Position numbers and translations under genes: made by a program. The notes under the pieces were generated by a model. That model made no database searches and was not told where the DNA came from. It saw only the letters and a list, made by a program, of their open reading frames with translations. From assembly GCA_040954595.2 (NCBI GenBank), contig CM082589.2, forward strand, positions 1,789,910-1,853,909: 64,000 nucleotides of DNA, given 5' to 3'. This DNA is from Balanoglossus misakiensis. Lineage: Eukaryota; Animalia; Hemichordata. This document shows positions 27,268 through 41,700 of the stretch, piece by piece (position 1 is the first letter of the stretch; each line of letters starts with the position of its first letter).

Positions 27268-30200
27268 TCACTTCCTTCTCCTGATGGGTCTTTTGATCTT
27301 CCGGCCGGCCACTGATCCCGATGCACTGAATGGATTGCTAGGAGTGGGTGTGGCTGCATTCCCACTGTGACAAATGGACAAAATTATGAACATTAAATAT
27401 CTGTTATTTTTCAAAATAAAATCTGTACAACACTGTGTAGGGTTTTTCAAAGGCTTGTACTAATCTACTGCAGTGAATTAACTTTTTCACTTACGTGAAA
27501 TTGAATGCGCCTGGTGTCTGGGTTGGAGCTGAGCCGGCAAAGTTGAAAGATGTAGGCACTGCCCCTGCAGAGGGTGCTGCATTGAACCCACCGACCGCTG
27601 CTGGCTGGGGTGCCGAGAATCCGACAGTTGGGGTTGGGGTTGCCTGAGGAGCAGGCATGGAGCCCTTGCCGCCTGAAAACTGGAAGACTGATTGGCCAGT
27701 TAAGCCTCCACCACTGGGATTGGTGTTAAATGCAAAGCCTGGAAACAAGGAAGAGTGCATTGTCTGATAAATAAGAGTTTATTCATAAAAAATACTAATA
27801 TGTTCAACTTGATTTAAAACATTTTCTCTGTAGCTGTTTGGCAACTCAACTCTAAATATTACGATTGAGTGTGAGTGTACTTGTGTGTGAGAGGGAGGTC
27901 AATAGAAAATGAGAGACGAGACAGACACAGACAAACAACAGTATCCTTGCCTCCAGCACTGGTATTTTGCTGTGTGTTTGCTGCAGTACTTCCAAATGCT
28001 GGAGCAGGACCACCGAATGACGGGCCGGTTGCGGTCGCTGTCGGGGTACCAGCTGATATGCTTCCAAATGGCGTAGTCCCGGGGGTTGCAGAGGGAGCGC
28101 TGTTCAAAGTTCCGAATGTACTCGTGGAGCCGAACCCGGAAGAGCCAGACATCCCGGAACCAAACGCTGGTGCGGAGGAGCTGCTTCCAAAAGTGGGCGT
28201 TGCACTTGCGGCTGTGGTTGTTGCTGTCTTAGCACCGAACTGGAACCCTGAAAAGCGTAACAAACACAGATGATAATGATCAGCCTGCTGTTTGCAACAA
28301 TGGGGCTACACAACAATGCCCACACAATGGTTACTAATACAGGGACATACTGAGAAGAGAACACCATACCTCCAGTACTACCTCCAAATGAATTTTGTTT
28401 TGTTGCACTGAAGCCAGTGTTTCCTGCCTGACTGAAGAAACCACTGCCACTTGAAGTTCCTTGTGATGGCAGCACTGAAGGAGCTGTAGACACAGCTGCT
28501 GGTGTTGTTCCTGGAATTAATTAATTAGACATGCCAATGAGGATGGAGCAAAACCTATTCTTGAGAGAGACGCACTACAGAAAACAGCAAGACCATTGAC
28601 ACTACTGAATATGATTTAACTGCTTGATCAGTGATTTTGGAAAACATCAGTAAAAACAGGTGAAATTGTATCACTACCAGTGAACTGGAACGGGGCAACT
28701 GTAGTACTCTGTGTTGAGGGGGCCGTTGTGGTTGCCACGGCAGGACCCCCTGTGAAGTTGTAGGCTGCTGAGGCACCACTGAACAAACCGCCACTTCCAG
28801 TCTCTGATGACAGAAAAATGAAAAATTAAATTTCATATTTCCACAACTTTACAGGCGTGTTCCGAAATTCCAGGAATTTTCAGGAGCATATGGTTCCTTG
28901 GCATGGGAAAGACTACACGTTCTCACCTGTTGTCTTCAGATCCGTCTTCTGTGTCGTAGCTCCAAATGTAAAGCCACCAGTGGGTGTAACAGTAGGAGTG
29001 ACTTGTTTGGTTGCTGAGCTTCCAGCATTGAAGACAAAACCTGAATGAATACAGCAAAAAAATCTCGAGTCTGGGTAGGGTACAGGAGATACTGTGAAAT
29101 CCACAAAAAAGTAGTATTGAAAATAAATAAATGTTGAGAAACCAATGTCTATGCTCACCTCCTGCTGGCTTGGCATCAGTGCTTGTTGTAAAACCTGTAC
29201 TTGCACTCGGCTTCACTGATGTCTCTGCTGTGTTTGCACTGGATGTGTTTCCACTGAATGGAAACACTGTAGCCTGTACCGCTGGCTTGGTCACCTCTGT
29301 CTTGCTAGTTAAACTCACAGAATTCTGGCCGCTCGTAGACGTCTCTTTGTTATCCGTAGCGGTCGCTCCAAACTGGAACGGAGCCACGGCACCAGTGAAT
29401 GCTGCTTCCGGCTTGGGTAACTGCGGCGTGGGCTGCACTTTGGCAGACACTGTTGTCGTTTCTACTTTCTGTCCGAATGTAAAGCCTGTAGCACTGGGTG
29501 CTGACTCTGTGGTCTTGACCTGTCCGAAGGCAAAACTGCCACCCGTCCCAGCGCTGTCAGTCTTTGCACCGAAAGTATAACTAGGAGGGGCGGCTGTAGG
29601 CATAACTGAGTTGCTTTGTGTTGATTCCGGTTTAGGAAAAAGACCGCCAGTGGCTGGTTTTGTCGACTCTGAGTCCTTGGCCTGTGTGGCTGGCTTACTC
29701 TCAAACGTGATCGTCGGAGTGACAACAGAGTCTTTTGCGGTCGCAAGTCCAGTACCGAAAGTGATGCTTGGCTTGCTTGGTTCCGCCGCCTTCCTGCTGG
29801 TGTCTCCCGAAGTGACTGAATTCACACTAGCAGATGTGTTGATTACTTGGCTTGTTGGTTTTGCGTTTAGTTCTGAAGTAGAGGAGCCTGCAGTCCCGAA
29901 TGTAAAACCAGACGACACGCCACTTGCACTTTTGCTTGAGTCAGAAGTTCCAAAATTCAATGAAGCTGAGGAAAATAAGAGTATACTTTCATTAAAAAGG
30001 GTACAGTAATGCAGACCATTCATGGAAAGACAAAAGTACAATTGCACTAATATAACTTCACTGGCCGGGAGAAACCAAGTAAAGATGGCTGTACTTACGT
30101 TTTGGTGGACTGGCCAATGAAGGTTGAGTTCCTGGTTTGGGTGTCTGGCAAGCCACACATTTATTATCAGAAGATTTATTTCTGACCATGCAAGTGTCAC

Positions 30201-33200
30201 ACTCCCACTTTCCAGTGTCTGGCTTTTGCTGGTCAAATATTGACCCAGTCTTTTCAGTAGCACCAACTTTGTCCGGGGTTGCGGTTGAATTTGAAGCGCC
30301 AAACTTGATCGATGGCGCTGTGGTAGCAGCACCCTCGCTGTTTGCGCCGAACCTGAAGGAAGCCGGAAGTTTGGCTTCACTCTTGCTGCTGGCCGCGCCG
30401 AATTTGAACGACGGAGTTGCAGCTTTGCTCTCAGTGCTCGCCCCAAATTTAAACGATGGAGCCGATTTTGCACTCTCGCCAGCTGCTCCGAATTTGAACG
30501 ACGGAGAAGCGGAGGTCGTACTTTCACTGTTCGTAACACCAAACTTGACAGCTGGAGCTGCCGAGCTCTGGCTTGATCCTGGCTGAGCCCCACCACAAGC
30601 GACACAGCTCTTGACATCGGACTTGTTACGCACCAAACAAGACGTGCACTCCCACGACCCAGCTGCCGGTTTAAACTTTTCCGCCAGGCTCATATTTGTT
30701 GAGTTCGTGCCAAATGCAAACATAGAGGCCGGGGTCTCAGCTTTGCTGCCGGGTTTGACCGTTTGACAACACGGACATTTGGTCATGTCTGCTTTGTTCA
30801 TTACCATGCATCCTGGACACTCCCAGGAACCTGTATTGGAGGCCTGAGATCCAAATATGCTTGGTTTTGCAGGCGCTTTTTTCTCAGATCCTGGTTTCGC
30901 CTCTCCGCACGCCGCGCAACTGTCCTTACTTGCGCTGTTCATGATCATACAGACCGAGCACTCCCATTTAGCTTCAGCTGCGTTTGGCTTGTCCCAGATG
31001 TTCGTCTTGGGTTTGACACTTGAGGAATCATCATCAATGATCGTAATTGGAGAGTTCTTGGTCCCTGAAGCTGACAACGAACTCTGTAAACGAGAAGCAG
31101 GAGAGTATGCTGTTTATTTTCGTAGCTGAGAGGAGGCCTTCCACCCTCTATTGACATCTAAAGCTTTCACTTTATTTTATCAATATTACTCAACTAATCA
31201 TAATGTATCTCACCTTTGCTGTGTCTGGCTTGCTTGCTTTTTGACTGCCAACTGCAAACAATGTTCAAATACACAGAAAATTAAATTAAATATAACAGTT
31301 GAGCTCAAGTTCAGCTAGGAAATTCACAGCAATGGAATTACAAGGACATGCAGATTTTTAAAATCTAGCAGAGCAAGATTCCAATTAAGATTTTTAAGAC
31401 ACATCACAAGACTTACGAATTCCAAAGACTTCAAGACAGCTTCCAGATTTCAGTTCCTTGGCCGGTTTCAACCCACCGCCTGAAGTCTCTTCCTCCTCAA
31501 CCTCTGCCTTGGGTTTCTGGACGAGTTTCTTTGCAGCAAAGGGTGCGGGAGCTTGCACTTGGAAATTAAGGCTTGGAGACGCGTTGCTGTTATCATTGCT
31601 TACTGGTTTAGGAGCACTAAACTGGAATGTAGCCTAGTTGAAAAGTGAAAAACAAAAATTATACTTTCCACAATTGCAAGTGTTTCAAATTTCATGATTT
31701 TCCTGAGCAAAACCCTGTTTATGAACCCTCGTAACTCCCAACACAAAACTCAAGACAGAAAACAATATTCATAGCTGTCCCCCTACCTGGGCAGTATGGG
31801 CAGCATCATGTAAATCACTCTCAATGCCTTCAACAGGTTCCTTGGAGATGGGAGAGGAAAATTTGAAGGAAACTTCCGGAGAGCTGGATGCAACAGCTGG
31901 TGTGGATGTTGCCCCCCACAAGGGTTTGGACACCGGGGCTGGAGGGCTCTTTGCAACAGGAGCAGGAATATTCAAATCAAATTTGATCGCCTTGGTGTTT
32001 GCTAGTGGTAAAGGAACGTCTGGTGGCAGATCGGGCTGCTCCATCTGTGAATGGACAATACTTTGTTACTAGGAGATATTTCTCAAATCTATCATGAGAC
32101 ATACGTGACAGAATTGAAATTTCCTATCGGAAATTATCGAAACAGGGCAGCAAGTCAGACTATCATTTACCTCTTCCTCCTCCTCATCTTTGCCAGCAGA
32201 GTAATGAAGATTGGTTCGGCTCCTAGTCTTCATCTTGCCACCACTTCTCGACAAACCAGTCTCTTTCGACGTGTCTTTCGCGTCTGAAAGAGACACTGTT
32301 GGAGTCGACGTGGCCTGTGCTGTGATTACTTGTGGTTGCTTCTTCTGCTGTGGCACAGAGACAGCTGGTGTTGCAGGCTGTCTGTTCTTGGAGATCCTTG
32401 CTGGCAGTGGTGTTCTCAGACTGTACACTGGGGGTGCTGTCTTCATGGCAAGCTCTGCCCTGGACGTCAGGAAGCTTCCCCCGGGAGTCCTGCCTCGACC
32501 AACGCCTCTACCAAATGGCTACAGAATGGATAAATTGTCATCAGTAATCTTATTTTTTTTGGTTCTGCCATGGGGCTTATTGTTGGTTCTCAAGAATGCA
32601 CTTGTACACTTCAACTAATAACTTGCAGAAATTTTTATTATGTACATATGTGCTTCTATTGTAACAGTACAAGACAAATGAGTTCAAATATGGCTGATGC
32701 ACTCCAGATACTTTGCAGGATCAGGCACATGTCATTTCCTGAACCTTTTCTGATAAAAACATTTTGCATGGTACCAGTAAGATTACTCACAGTAAATGAC
32801 AATGGTGAGGATGAGGGCACAACAGGAATTCTCCTAGCATCAGACAGTGGTGTGGACATCCTCTCCAATGTGTCCAGTATTCTCTTGGCCGTCACACTGG
32901 TCTCTCCGTAGTCATCCGTGGAGCTGTTGACCGGTTTTGGTCTCATCTGACGTTTCACTGGCTGATAGATCTAGAAGAAAACATCACTTACAAGTCAGGT
33001 ACACAGAAGAAATTTTTGTGTATGCCCCCTCCTCTGGATTTATATTTTCAGATAATTCTTTTTCATGTCTCTTTTTTTTGCCAGTTCAGTGAGCTTGATA
33101 AAACGACTCACCTCATACGGTGATGTCCTCCTCCGTTTGGAGGCTGATCTTTGACTGGAAGCACCTCCGAACGAAGTCCGTCCCGGATAGAACGATGATC

Positions 33201-34943
33201 CTCCTGGTGTAATGGGTGGAGTTGTTGCATTGGGTGACTGATAAGGGACAAAGAGAGATGCTACTGGATTAGACAGAGTTTTCTTATTTAAAGGGTCAAG
33301 GTCCCAGGTAGTTACATTGAAATGGAGTGAAGAGAAATAGATCAATGCAAAGTGTGTGATACTCACAAAGAGAGGGGAGCCAAAATAGGAAGTGTTAAAT
33401 GACGGTCGAGAGCCACTCTTAGAAGACTGCTGCGGTTGACCAACTGATGATGTTCTGGCAGTGGTTGGACCCAAGTCAGACCACAGTCCACGTTTCTGCT
33501 CCCTGTTTTCTCTCTCTGCTAGGAAATAAACGATGCAGAGAAATATTTTATGTGATTGTAATCTCTGGTTGAATCTTATGAATGTTTAATAATATCATCA
33601 GAAGAACAGGTGTCTAGGGCTGGATATCTCAATTGAGGTCAACTGAGGTGACTGACCTTTTTGGGTTTTTCTCTCGACGCCCGTTTTCTTTTCCATTCTG
33701 TCCTTGTAGTCTTGTTTGTCAACATGTGGCACTAGTGACGAACAGCCACTGGTGGAGATCGATTCATCAGAATTGGAATCGTCTTCTGGAAAAGAGATCA
33801 TAATTAGAACACAACCTCCCTAATATCCATGACTGGTATGAACTTCCAGTGGTTTATGATCAATAATGGGATAAACCATTTGGAATTAGGGGGAAAGTCT
33901 GTCTATTTCATAATCTCCTTTAGAACCCTATCCTGTCAAGCTCACACACAGAACATCAAATGATAGCTTGTCATCCCTACCTTTATCCGCCCGTACTCTC
34001 TCAGTGGCTGTCTCCGTCTGCTCTCCTTCCACGGGTGTGGAACTGGTTAACGGCTCGTACCTCATGAACGGAACATCGGCTGGCGACTTAAAACTTGCCT
34101 CTGGTGTCTGGACATTTGCTCTGTTCTCTCTGAACCTGGTTAGCTCCGATTCAAACGAGACTCTTCTCCTCGTCTGTTGTGGGCTGTCCTCGGATGATTC
34201 ATCTGTATCTTCCTTGTTTTTCTCAGGAAGCGGGTTCCACATGTGGGTTAGCCATGACGGTGTCAAATGACTGAGGGTATTTTTAACACGACCGAGCAGA
34301 CCTTGGTCAGACGACTGTAAAATAACCAAGATTATACATTATGATTTTGATCAACTAGCAAAAATCGTTACATCAAATACAAGAAAGAGGATATCTAAAA
34401 TCAATTTTGCCACTTTTTGGATCATTCTTGTCAACAGTTCAAGATTTGAACCCATATCTTTATCAATACACTTGTTCATTTGAAAACATCATGTGAGGGT
34501 TGGCATACAGCCGAATAAATAAAGGAGTGATTGCACGTTTACATAATTGCAAATATTCTTGCTGCTGAACTGAGAGATATCCAGTTCAAGGGGCTTTAGA
34601 TTGCATGCATCATTGCATGGCCTGCACACGCACTTTACAGTTACTGCGTTGCTGACACGATGTTTTCGGGTGGGAAACGTTGCCCCCTATCCAGTGTGGT
34701 CATTTAGCTAGATTGGTCGAACATACCTTGTCACCAGAGTAAGAAAAAGATGTAACAATCTCACGATCTACTTTTTTGGCAACTAAAGTCAGCAAACAAC
34801 GTGTGCAAGTGAAGAGCAAAGCAATGAAATGTGTCAACGAGAAACGTGACCAACAGGTCAAGCTTTACCTTGGGTCTGGAGTATGGCTTCTTCGCCGTGT
34901 GCGTCCTTTTCGGGCGAATTTTACCACCACCTGCGTTCGACAT
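27268..34943 (-). CDS. NUP153: Nuclear pore basket nucleoporin NUP153 (about 20 exons)
   Basis: N-terminus MSNAGGGKIRPKRTH...KPY. Also SSFYPGRTSFGGAS, TAKRILDTLERMSTPLSDARRIP, GGKMK, four RanBP2-type zinc fingers (WECxxC..N....CxxC, 30140-30970), an FxFG-rich C-terminal half and a basic tail AGRKIKRPIRRRK* (27270-27268). Confidence 0.93.
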
Positions 34944-35767
34944 GATACTTCAGTGATGGAAAATCCGCAATTCGCAATTGGCTTCGGCAGATTTTCCTCC
35001 AAACGTCTATATTTTAGAATTAAAGACGCATGAATTCCGACAAGCGGTGTAAATTTCAAAGAGGATTGACAAAGATGGCGGCATTTCCGTCGCAGTTCTG
35101 ATTGGCTGTGCTTTACCATGTGATATACATATGACTGGAAACGTCACGGTCCTTCAAGTTCCGAATTTATTTATGTCACCTATTCATACCAAGCGCTTGG
35201 AATTTCAAGCTTTAATTCTTGAGGATAAACTTGGCATGTTGATTCAGATTTCGCGTTCTTCTTGGTTTTCTTTAACCCGTCATCCTGGAATTTAAAACTT
35301 TTCAAATAATTTCATAATTTATCAGCGCTTGCGCAGTAACCTGAGCGCCATTTTGAAACGGCGAGGAAGGTGAACATGTGAGACTCATTTATTTGTATTG
35401 AGAACACACATTGTAGTTGGGAGTTGATGGGGTTTTTGTCCAGTACTCATTATTCTGTAAAAAACGTTTTACCTGATTGTCTTTCACATTTAGTACGAGA
35501 ACCGAAAAGAGAGAATAGAGCTGAAAGTTTTATAGTGTGCCCTTGAGAAAGTTTCCGTTGCATACAGTAGCCATAGATGTCATTGGTTGTGTCAACTGTC
35601 AGGTCATTTGTGATGTTTGACGTCGACTGACGTTCGTGAACAGCTGATGTTATAATACATTAGTGTTGCTTCGATAATGATCTGTGGATAGATTAACTTA
35701 GAAAAGTTATTTTGACATACTCTAAGCTCTTGTATCTTTCTGTTGCTCTTAGCGTCTTGTCGCGAAG
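34944..35767. promoter_or_regulatory. Bidirectional promoter NUP153/CSE1L, with a probable non-coding first exon of CSE1L
   Basis: YY1-type AAGATGGCGGC at 35072-35082 and GCGCCATTTT at 35345-35354, a CCAAT box (ATTGG at 35101) and local CpG richness. Candidate 5'-UTR donor AAG/gtgaac near 35370 and acceptor near 35752. Confidence 0.6.
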
Positions 35768-38700
35768 ATGGAAATAAACGCAGCCAATTTACAAACCCTT
35801 GCAAGCTTCTTGCAGAAAACGCTTTCTCCTGACATAAATGAGCGAAAGCCAGGTATGAATGCTACACTGTGGAGTAATTAACACCATTAGTGTAAACTGT
35901 GGGCTGATGTAGCTGCAGTTCAGTTTTGCAAAACCTCGAGCTACTGAACTACAGCTAGGTCTGATTGCACTTTCAATTCTACATATTATTCAAGTCCAAA
36001 GTTATTCCATGATAAATTTGGACTTGTATAATTCACAGGGGAATGGTATTATTACTTGTCCTCTCCACTAAAAATGTCATTGTGTCGAGAACAATGGCTA
36101 TTGTTAGACTTTGAATAACTGTTAATCACATTTCACTGTCAGAAGTGAAATGAACAAGCAGATCCATTACAGGTTGAAGTCATTTCTTTGCAAACAAACA
36201 AACTGTTACTGGAAAACCTCTGATTTTTGTTACAGCTGAAAAATACCTGGAGTCAGTAGAGGGTCATGCCGGCTACCCAATATTGTTGCTTCATCTCGTG
36301 GGACATGAAGAGGCTGCATTGCAAATTAGAGTATCAGCCTCCATTACATTTAAGAATTACATCAAGAGGAACTGGAGAATAGTAAGTACAAAGATGATAT
36401 GGAGAACATTTCCATCTTTTCACTATCAGTGTGGTTCATAAGATGGAAGTGTTAAGAAAACTCTGTATACTATATTTTTATAGATTGAAGATGTTCCAAA
36501 TAAAGTGAGTGAAGGTGACAGAGAGACAATCAAAAAAGAGATTGTTGGTTTGATGCTGAAAATGCCAGAACAACTACAGAGACAGGTACGTTCAGTGTGG
36601 TTTTGCTATGGCTATCAAACAATGAGTTAATTCTGTTGTAATTTTACATTTCCCCACCTTTTAGATACATATAGTAATAAGTTATATTTCTTACAGCTTA
36701 GTGATGCTATCAGTATTATTGGTAGAGAAGACTTTCCACATAAATGGCCCACATTGCTGCCAGACATGGTAATGATGTTCAACACTGTTGACTTCCATAA
36801 GATCAATGGTGTGCTTCAGACTGCTCATTCATTATTCAAAAGGTAAAGAACTCTTTTGGACAGTTAACATTTGGCATGAATATAATCATTAGTAGGAACT
36901 GTGATATTGATAATCTCTTACGTATAGATGATTGCTTAGCTTATATCATGATACAGATTAGATACAGGCTATTTCTGATTCTGTCAAGTATACTATAAAT
37001 AGTGATTTTCATTTCCTTTTTTCGTATGCCAGATACCGACATGAATTCAAATCTCAAGAACTATGGACAGAAATCAAACTGGTTTTAGACAACTTTGCAG
37101 CACCTTTGACTGAGTTATTCGTGGTAAGTGGCAGCTTGGCATATCTACCTTAAATACCCCAAAAAGAGATTTCCATCATCAGATCCTGGGATGATTACTT
37201 TCAAAGCATTGTAGATCAGTATCCCTACAAAGCAGGAACAGCACATGGGATGGAAATCCCTAACCCTAACCCTTTTTAGCAATATTTCTTTTGTTTTTAT
37301 GCCTGACAGAAAACAAGAGAGTTAGCTGTTCAGCATGCCAATGATGCCCAGGCTATCAAAATCCTTTACAGCTCTCTTACACTCATCAGTAAAGTCTTCT
37401 ACAGTCTCAACTTTCAGGTAAGAATTCTAAGGAGAACTGTAGCTCCCTCTGCAGTTGACTTCCAAATATACCACCAGAGTTACTCTCAATTTAATTAATC
37501 TACCATATTAAATGTCTAATCATTTCTTCGTAATCACAATCAGAAGTTCTTTTGTTGACAGGATTTACCAGAATACTTTGAAGATAACATGGATACTTGG
37601 ATGACTCATTTCCATGCGTTGCTAACCACAGACATTAAGCTGCTTCATACAGATGTGAGTTGAAGCTACGTGATTCTTCTGTCATCTCAGATACCGTGAG
37701 AGTACCAAATTAGCTCTCATGAAGTTTACTCTCTTTTTGGGTCATGATATCTGTTTTCGAATAAACCTTTCCTCGTTCTAACACAATTGATGTTGCCTTG
37801 CTACTAGGATGATTCTGAAGCAGGCCCACTGGAAAAAGTGAAATCGCAAATCTGTGACAACATTACGCTATATGCCCAGAAGTACGACGAAGAATTTCAA
37901 CGTTTTCTGCCCAATTTTGTGAAAGCTGTGTGGGATCTTCTAGTCAGCGTAACGCAAGGTGTCAAATACGATCTGGTAAGTGTTGGTGATGGTATTATAG
38001 ATTGATAAACATTTCATAAAAGAGGCATTATATTTGCCCTTTATATGTAATTTACAACAACACTTCAAAGTTGAGAAATCACAGCTTGTGATAATTTCTC
38101 TCTTTTCGTTCCCTTTCCCCACAGCTTGTCAGCAATGCTATACTTTTCCTGGCCTCTGTAGCAGAAAGAGCACATTACAAGAATCTGTTTGAATCACAAG
38201 AAACCCTGAACAGTATTTGCAAGAATGTTGTAGTGGACAATATGTATTTCAGAGGTAAGGTGACAATAATTGGATTGGTATCGTCCTTCAGAAGTGCTCT
38301 TAGAAATCCTGGAATTCTCAGGAAGTTTCGCTGTTGTGTGGTTACAAAGTTCTGGTTACCAAGTATCGAAAAATAACCCCGTGTGTCAATTTTGTCTTGG
38401 TGATAGATGCTGATGAAGAACTATTTGAGGATAATCCCGAAGAGTATATCAGAAGAGACATTGAAGGATCAGGTATATTACAATACTAATAGCACATTCC
38501 TTTAAAGATGGAATCCTTACAATGGAACAGGAATGTTATCTTCCAAGTTGTGATTTTCGTTTTTATTTGTGTTTATCTACAGATGTGGACACACGCAGAC
38601 GTGCAGCTAGTGATCTAGTGAGGGCACTATGTAAATTCTTTGAGCAACCAGTGACTGAGATATTCTCACACTATGTCAGCAATATGCTTCAGGTAAGCGT

Positions 38701-41700
38701 ACTGCTCTCCGAAAGGACTTACAGTAGTCATAGAATATTGTCATATGTCTTCTGCTCTCAGTCATATTTGTGTTCATTATTGAAGTTACTATCTTCAAAG
38801 CTTCTCCCATTTATTTGGACTTTCTGAAGCCTGCATGGCAGATGATTGATAACCTGACTTTCATTTTATGGCAGGAATATGCCAAGGACCCAGCGAAAAA
38901 TTGGAAGAACAAAGATGTTGCTATTTACCTGGTTACATCAATTGCAGCCAAGTCGAAAACACAGAAGGTAGGTACTGCTAGTATGACGCTTCAAGCATCA
39001 CCATAGGCAGTGTGTTGTGATTCAAGTTTGTGTTTAGTCCATCACCTTCATTGCATCTTTAATTAATGAAATAATTTCAGAAGTCAAGAATTTTTTTTTC
39101 TAACCATTTCAGCATGGAACCACCCAGACCAGTGAATTGGTTGATGTTGTCGATTTCTTCAAGGGTAACATTGCTCCAGACATCCAGTCAGCAAACGGTA
39201 AAAAAAAACATTTCTGCATTGCTTCTTTCAATTGAATTTATCATTCACAATTGCATTTGTGTTTAATTGTTATTTACTAGTATATTTTGTTTTTCTTTGC
39301 AGTTAATGAAGTTCCAGTTTTGAAAGCCGATGCACTGAAGTATGTGGTGACATTTAGGAATCAACTAACGCCTGAGATATTGACTGCTTTGATACCATAT
39401 CTCATCAAATTACTGACAGCAGAGAGTGTGGTTGTACACACCTATGCAGCTTTGACATTAGAGAGAATCTTCACCACCAGGGCACAGACTGGAGGACCAG
39501 TGTAAGTGTCTTCACCCCCCCCCTGTAAACATAATAGTATAGTCCATTCCTGTTATTTTTAGTGGTCGGGTTGGACCAGTATACAGAACAAATTAACCTC
39601 ACTTTCTGGTAATTTTTGCACTGGCTGTAACTCCACTGTTAGTGTATGCCAACTGCTATGCTGGACCCTTTCTCTCTTTCTCTCACTTCGACCCTCTCTC
39701 TTTCTCTCTTAATCTTTTTGCTCACGTGCATCGATTGCGAGGTATGTACGTGTCAACATCTACACGAAACATCCAATAGAACAAGCTGCTTGCAGTTACA
39801 AAAATATTCTTGCTCAAGCAAACTTCTCTTTTCTTCTTGCAAAAATGTAATCAAGCTGTGCCCTTAATTTAGAAGAGACAATTTTTTTCTGCATGACAAG
39901 AAACTAAAGTATTATTTCCATGTTTTGGCACCATAGTATCAGTCCAGATAGTTTGAAACCCCATGTGGAGTCACTACTGACCAATCTCTTCAATGCACTG
40001 AATCACCCTGGCTCTGCTGAGAATGAGTATATCATGAAAGGTAAGTGTCTGTATGCTGTGTTGTCGTACAATGAGTGTTCATCTCTTTATATTCTGCAAA
40101 CATACACCCTGGAGATTTTCAACGTCCTAGTAACCTCAGTGGTTTTGGCTTCAAATATTTGACAAGCAATGGAACTTTAAAACCAAGAAGTTCAGGGAAT
40201 GACATCCAGAACATCAAGAGAAGTTGATTATTTTGATTTGTGATTTCTTTTTCTTCATAGCTATTATGCGTAGTTTTTCCATGATGCAGGGAGCCATCAC
40301 ACCTTACATACCTACACTGCTTGGTAAACTGACAGAGAAACTCTTGATAGTTAGTAAGGTAAGTACGGCTGGGGGTTGGGGGAGGTGTATCAAATTGGTC
40401 GCAGTAAATCTTTCAGAAGTCAGTCTGTACAATTTCAACTAGGCACACCATTTTGTTTTTGATATTAAACAGCAAGTATTTGTGTATTGTTTCTGCACAG
40501 AATCCCAGCAAGCCCCATTTCAACCACTACTTATTTGAGTGCATCAGTCTATCAGTGAAGATCTCCTGCAAAGCTGATCCAAAACTTGTGTCAAGTTTTG
40601 AAGATGCCCTCTTTCCGCCCTTCCAAGAAATACTGCAAGCTGATGTGCAAGGTAGGTGACGTAAAAAACTCCGGTACCACATTTCAGGAAAGAAATGAAA
40701 CTGAATTATTCATGATAACCATATAAAGATCTGAAAATATGTTGTTGAATTAAAGAACCATTCGTATCATGCTCAAAATTGGCACACTTCTGATTTCAAG
40801 TTCAAGTTAAAGTATCAATTCCATTTCTCTTTTGCCAGAATTCATGCCATATGTATTTCAAATAATGTCCATGATGTTGGAAATCCATGTGGATGTGCCG
40901 GCAGCATACATGGCACTTTTCCCACATCTACTGGTTCCGTTGCTGTGGGAAAGACTTGGCAATATTCCGGCACTGGTCAGGCTTCTGCAGGCATTCATTG
41001 AGAAGGGATCGGCAGCCATCATTGCTAATGATAAACTTGTGAGTAACCTCAAACTCTGCTCTAGAACTATGAGGGCACTCTTATTGTGCCATATGTAACT
41101 GTGAGGGCTCTGTTAATGATGGTCACTTTGAGTTATATCCCCAATATCAAAGAATTTATCTTTGAAACATGTAAACAGATACTTCTATTAAAATATGTTT
41201 TGATTTTTTCAGAGTGGGGTGTTAGGAGTCTTTCAGAAACTGATCGCTTCCAAATCGAATGACCATGAAGGATTTTATCTTGTCAATAGTCTAGTAGAAC
41301 ACATGAAGATGTAAGTACATTTTGTATGTGAACTTTTGTACTGCCAGTACACATGGTTTTGAGCAAATAACATCACTGTTAATTGTCATCTTTATTTACA
41401 GGGAAGACCTTCAGAAATACGTTAAAGATATCTTCTTAGTGCTCTTCAAACGTCTTCAAAGTTCTAAGACAACAAAATATGTAAAACGTAAGTAAATAAT
41501 AAACTATTTCATTTACTAATGAGAGAAGCTGAAACATTGTCTGCTGCCATATGTCATCAATTAATTTTGTTTTCAACCCACTTCATCCGTCTTCACAGAT
41601 CTGTTGGTGTTCTTTTCACTGTATGCATACAAGTCTGGTGGAACGTCACTGATTGCCATGATAGACAACATACAACCAAAGTAAGTACTCAAGTTTTCTT

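Noticed and set aside
28923-30617. 564-aa ORF as a separate gene
   Set aside because: A chimera of an off-frame part of the zinc-finger exon, an intron and the true next NUP153 exon.
27875-32618. Many plus-strand ORFs of 80-150 aa antisense to NUP153
   Set aside because: Shadow ORFs of low-complexity Ser/Thr/Ala/Gly/Pro-rich exons.
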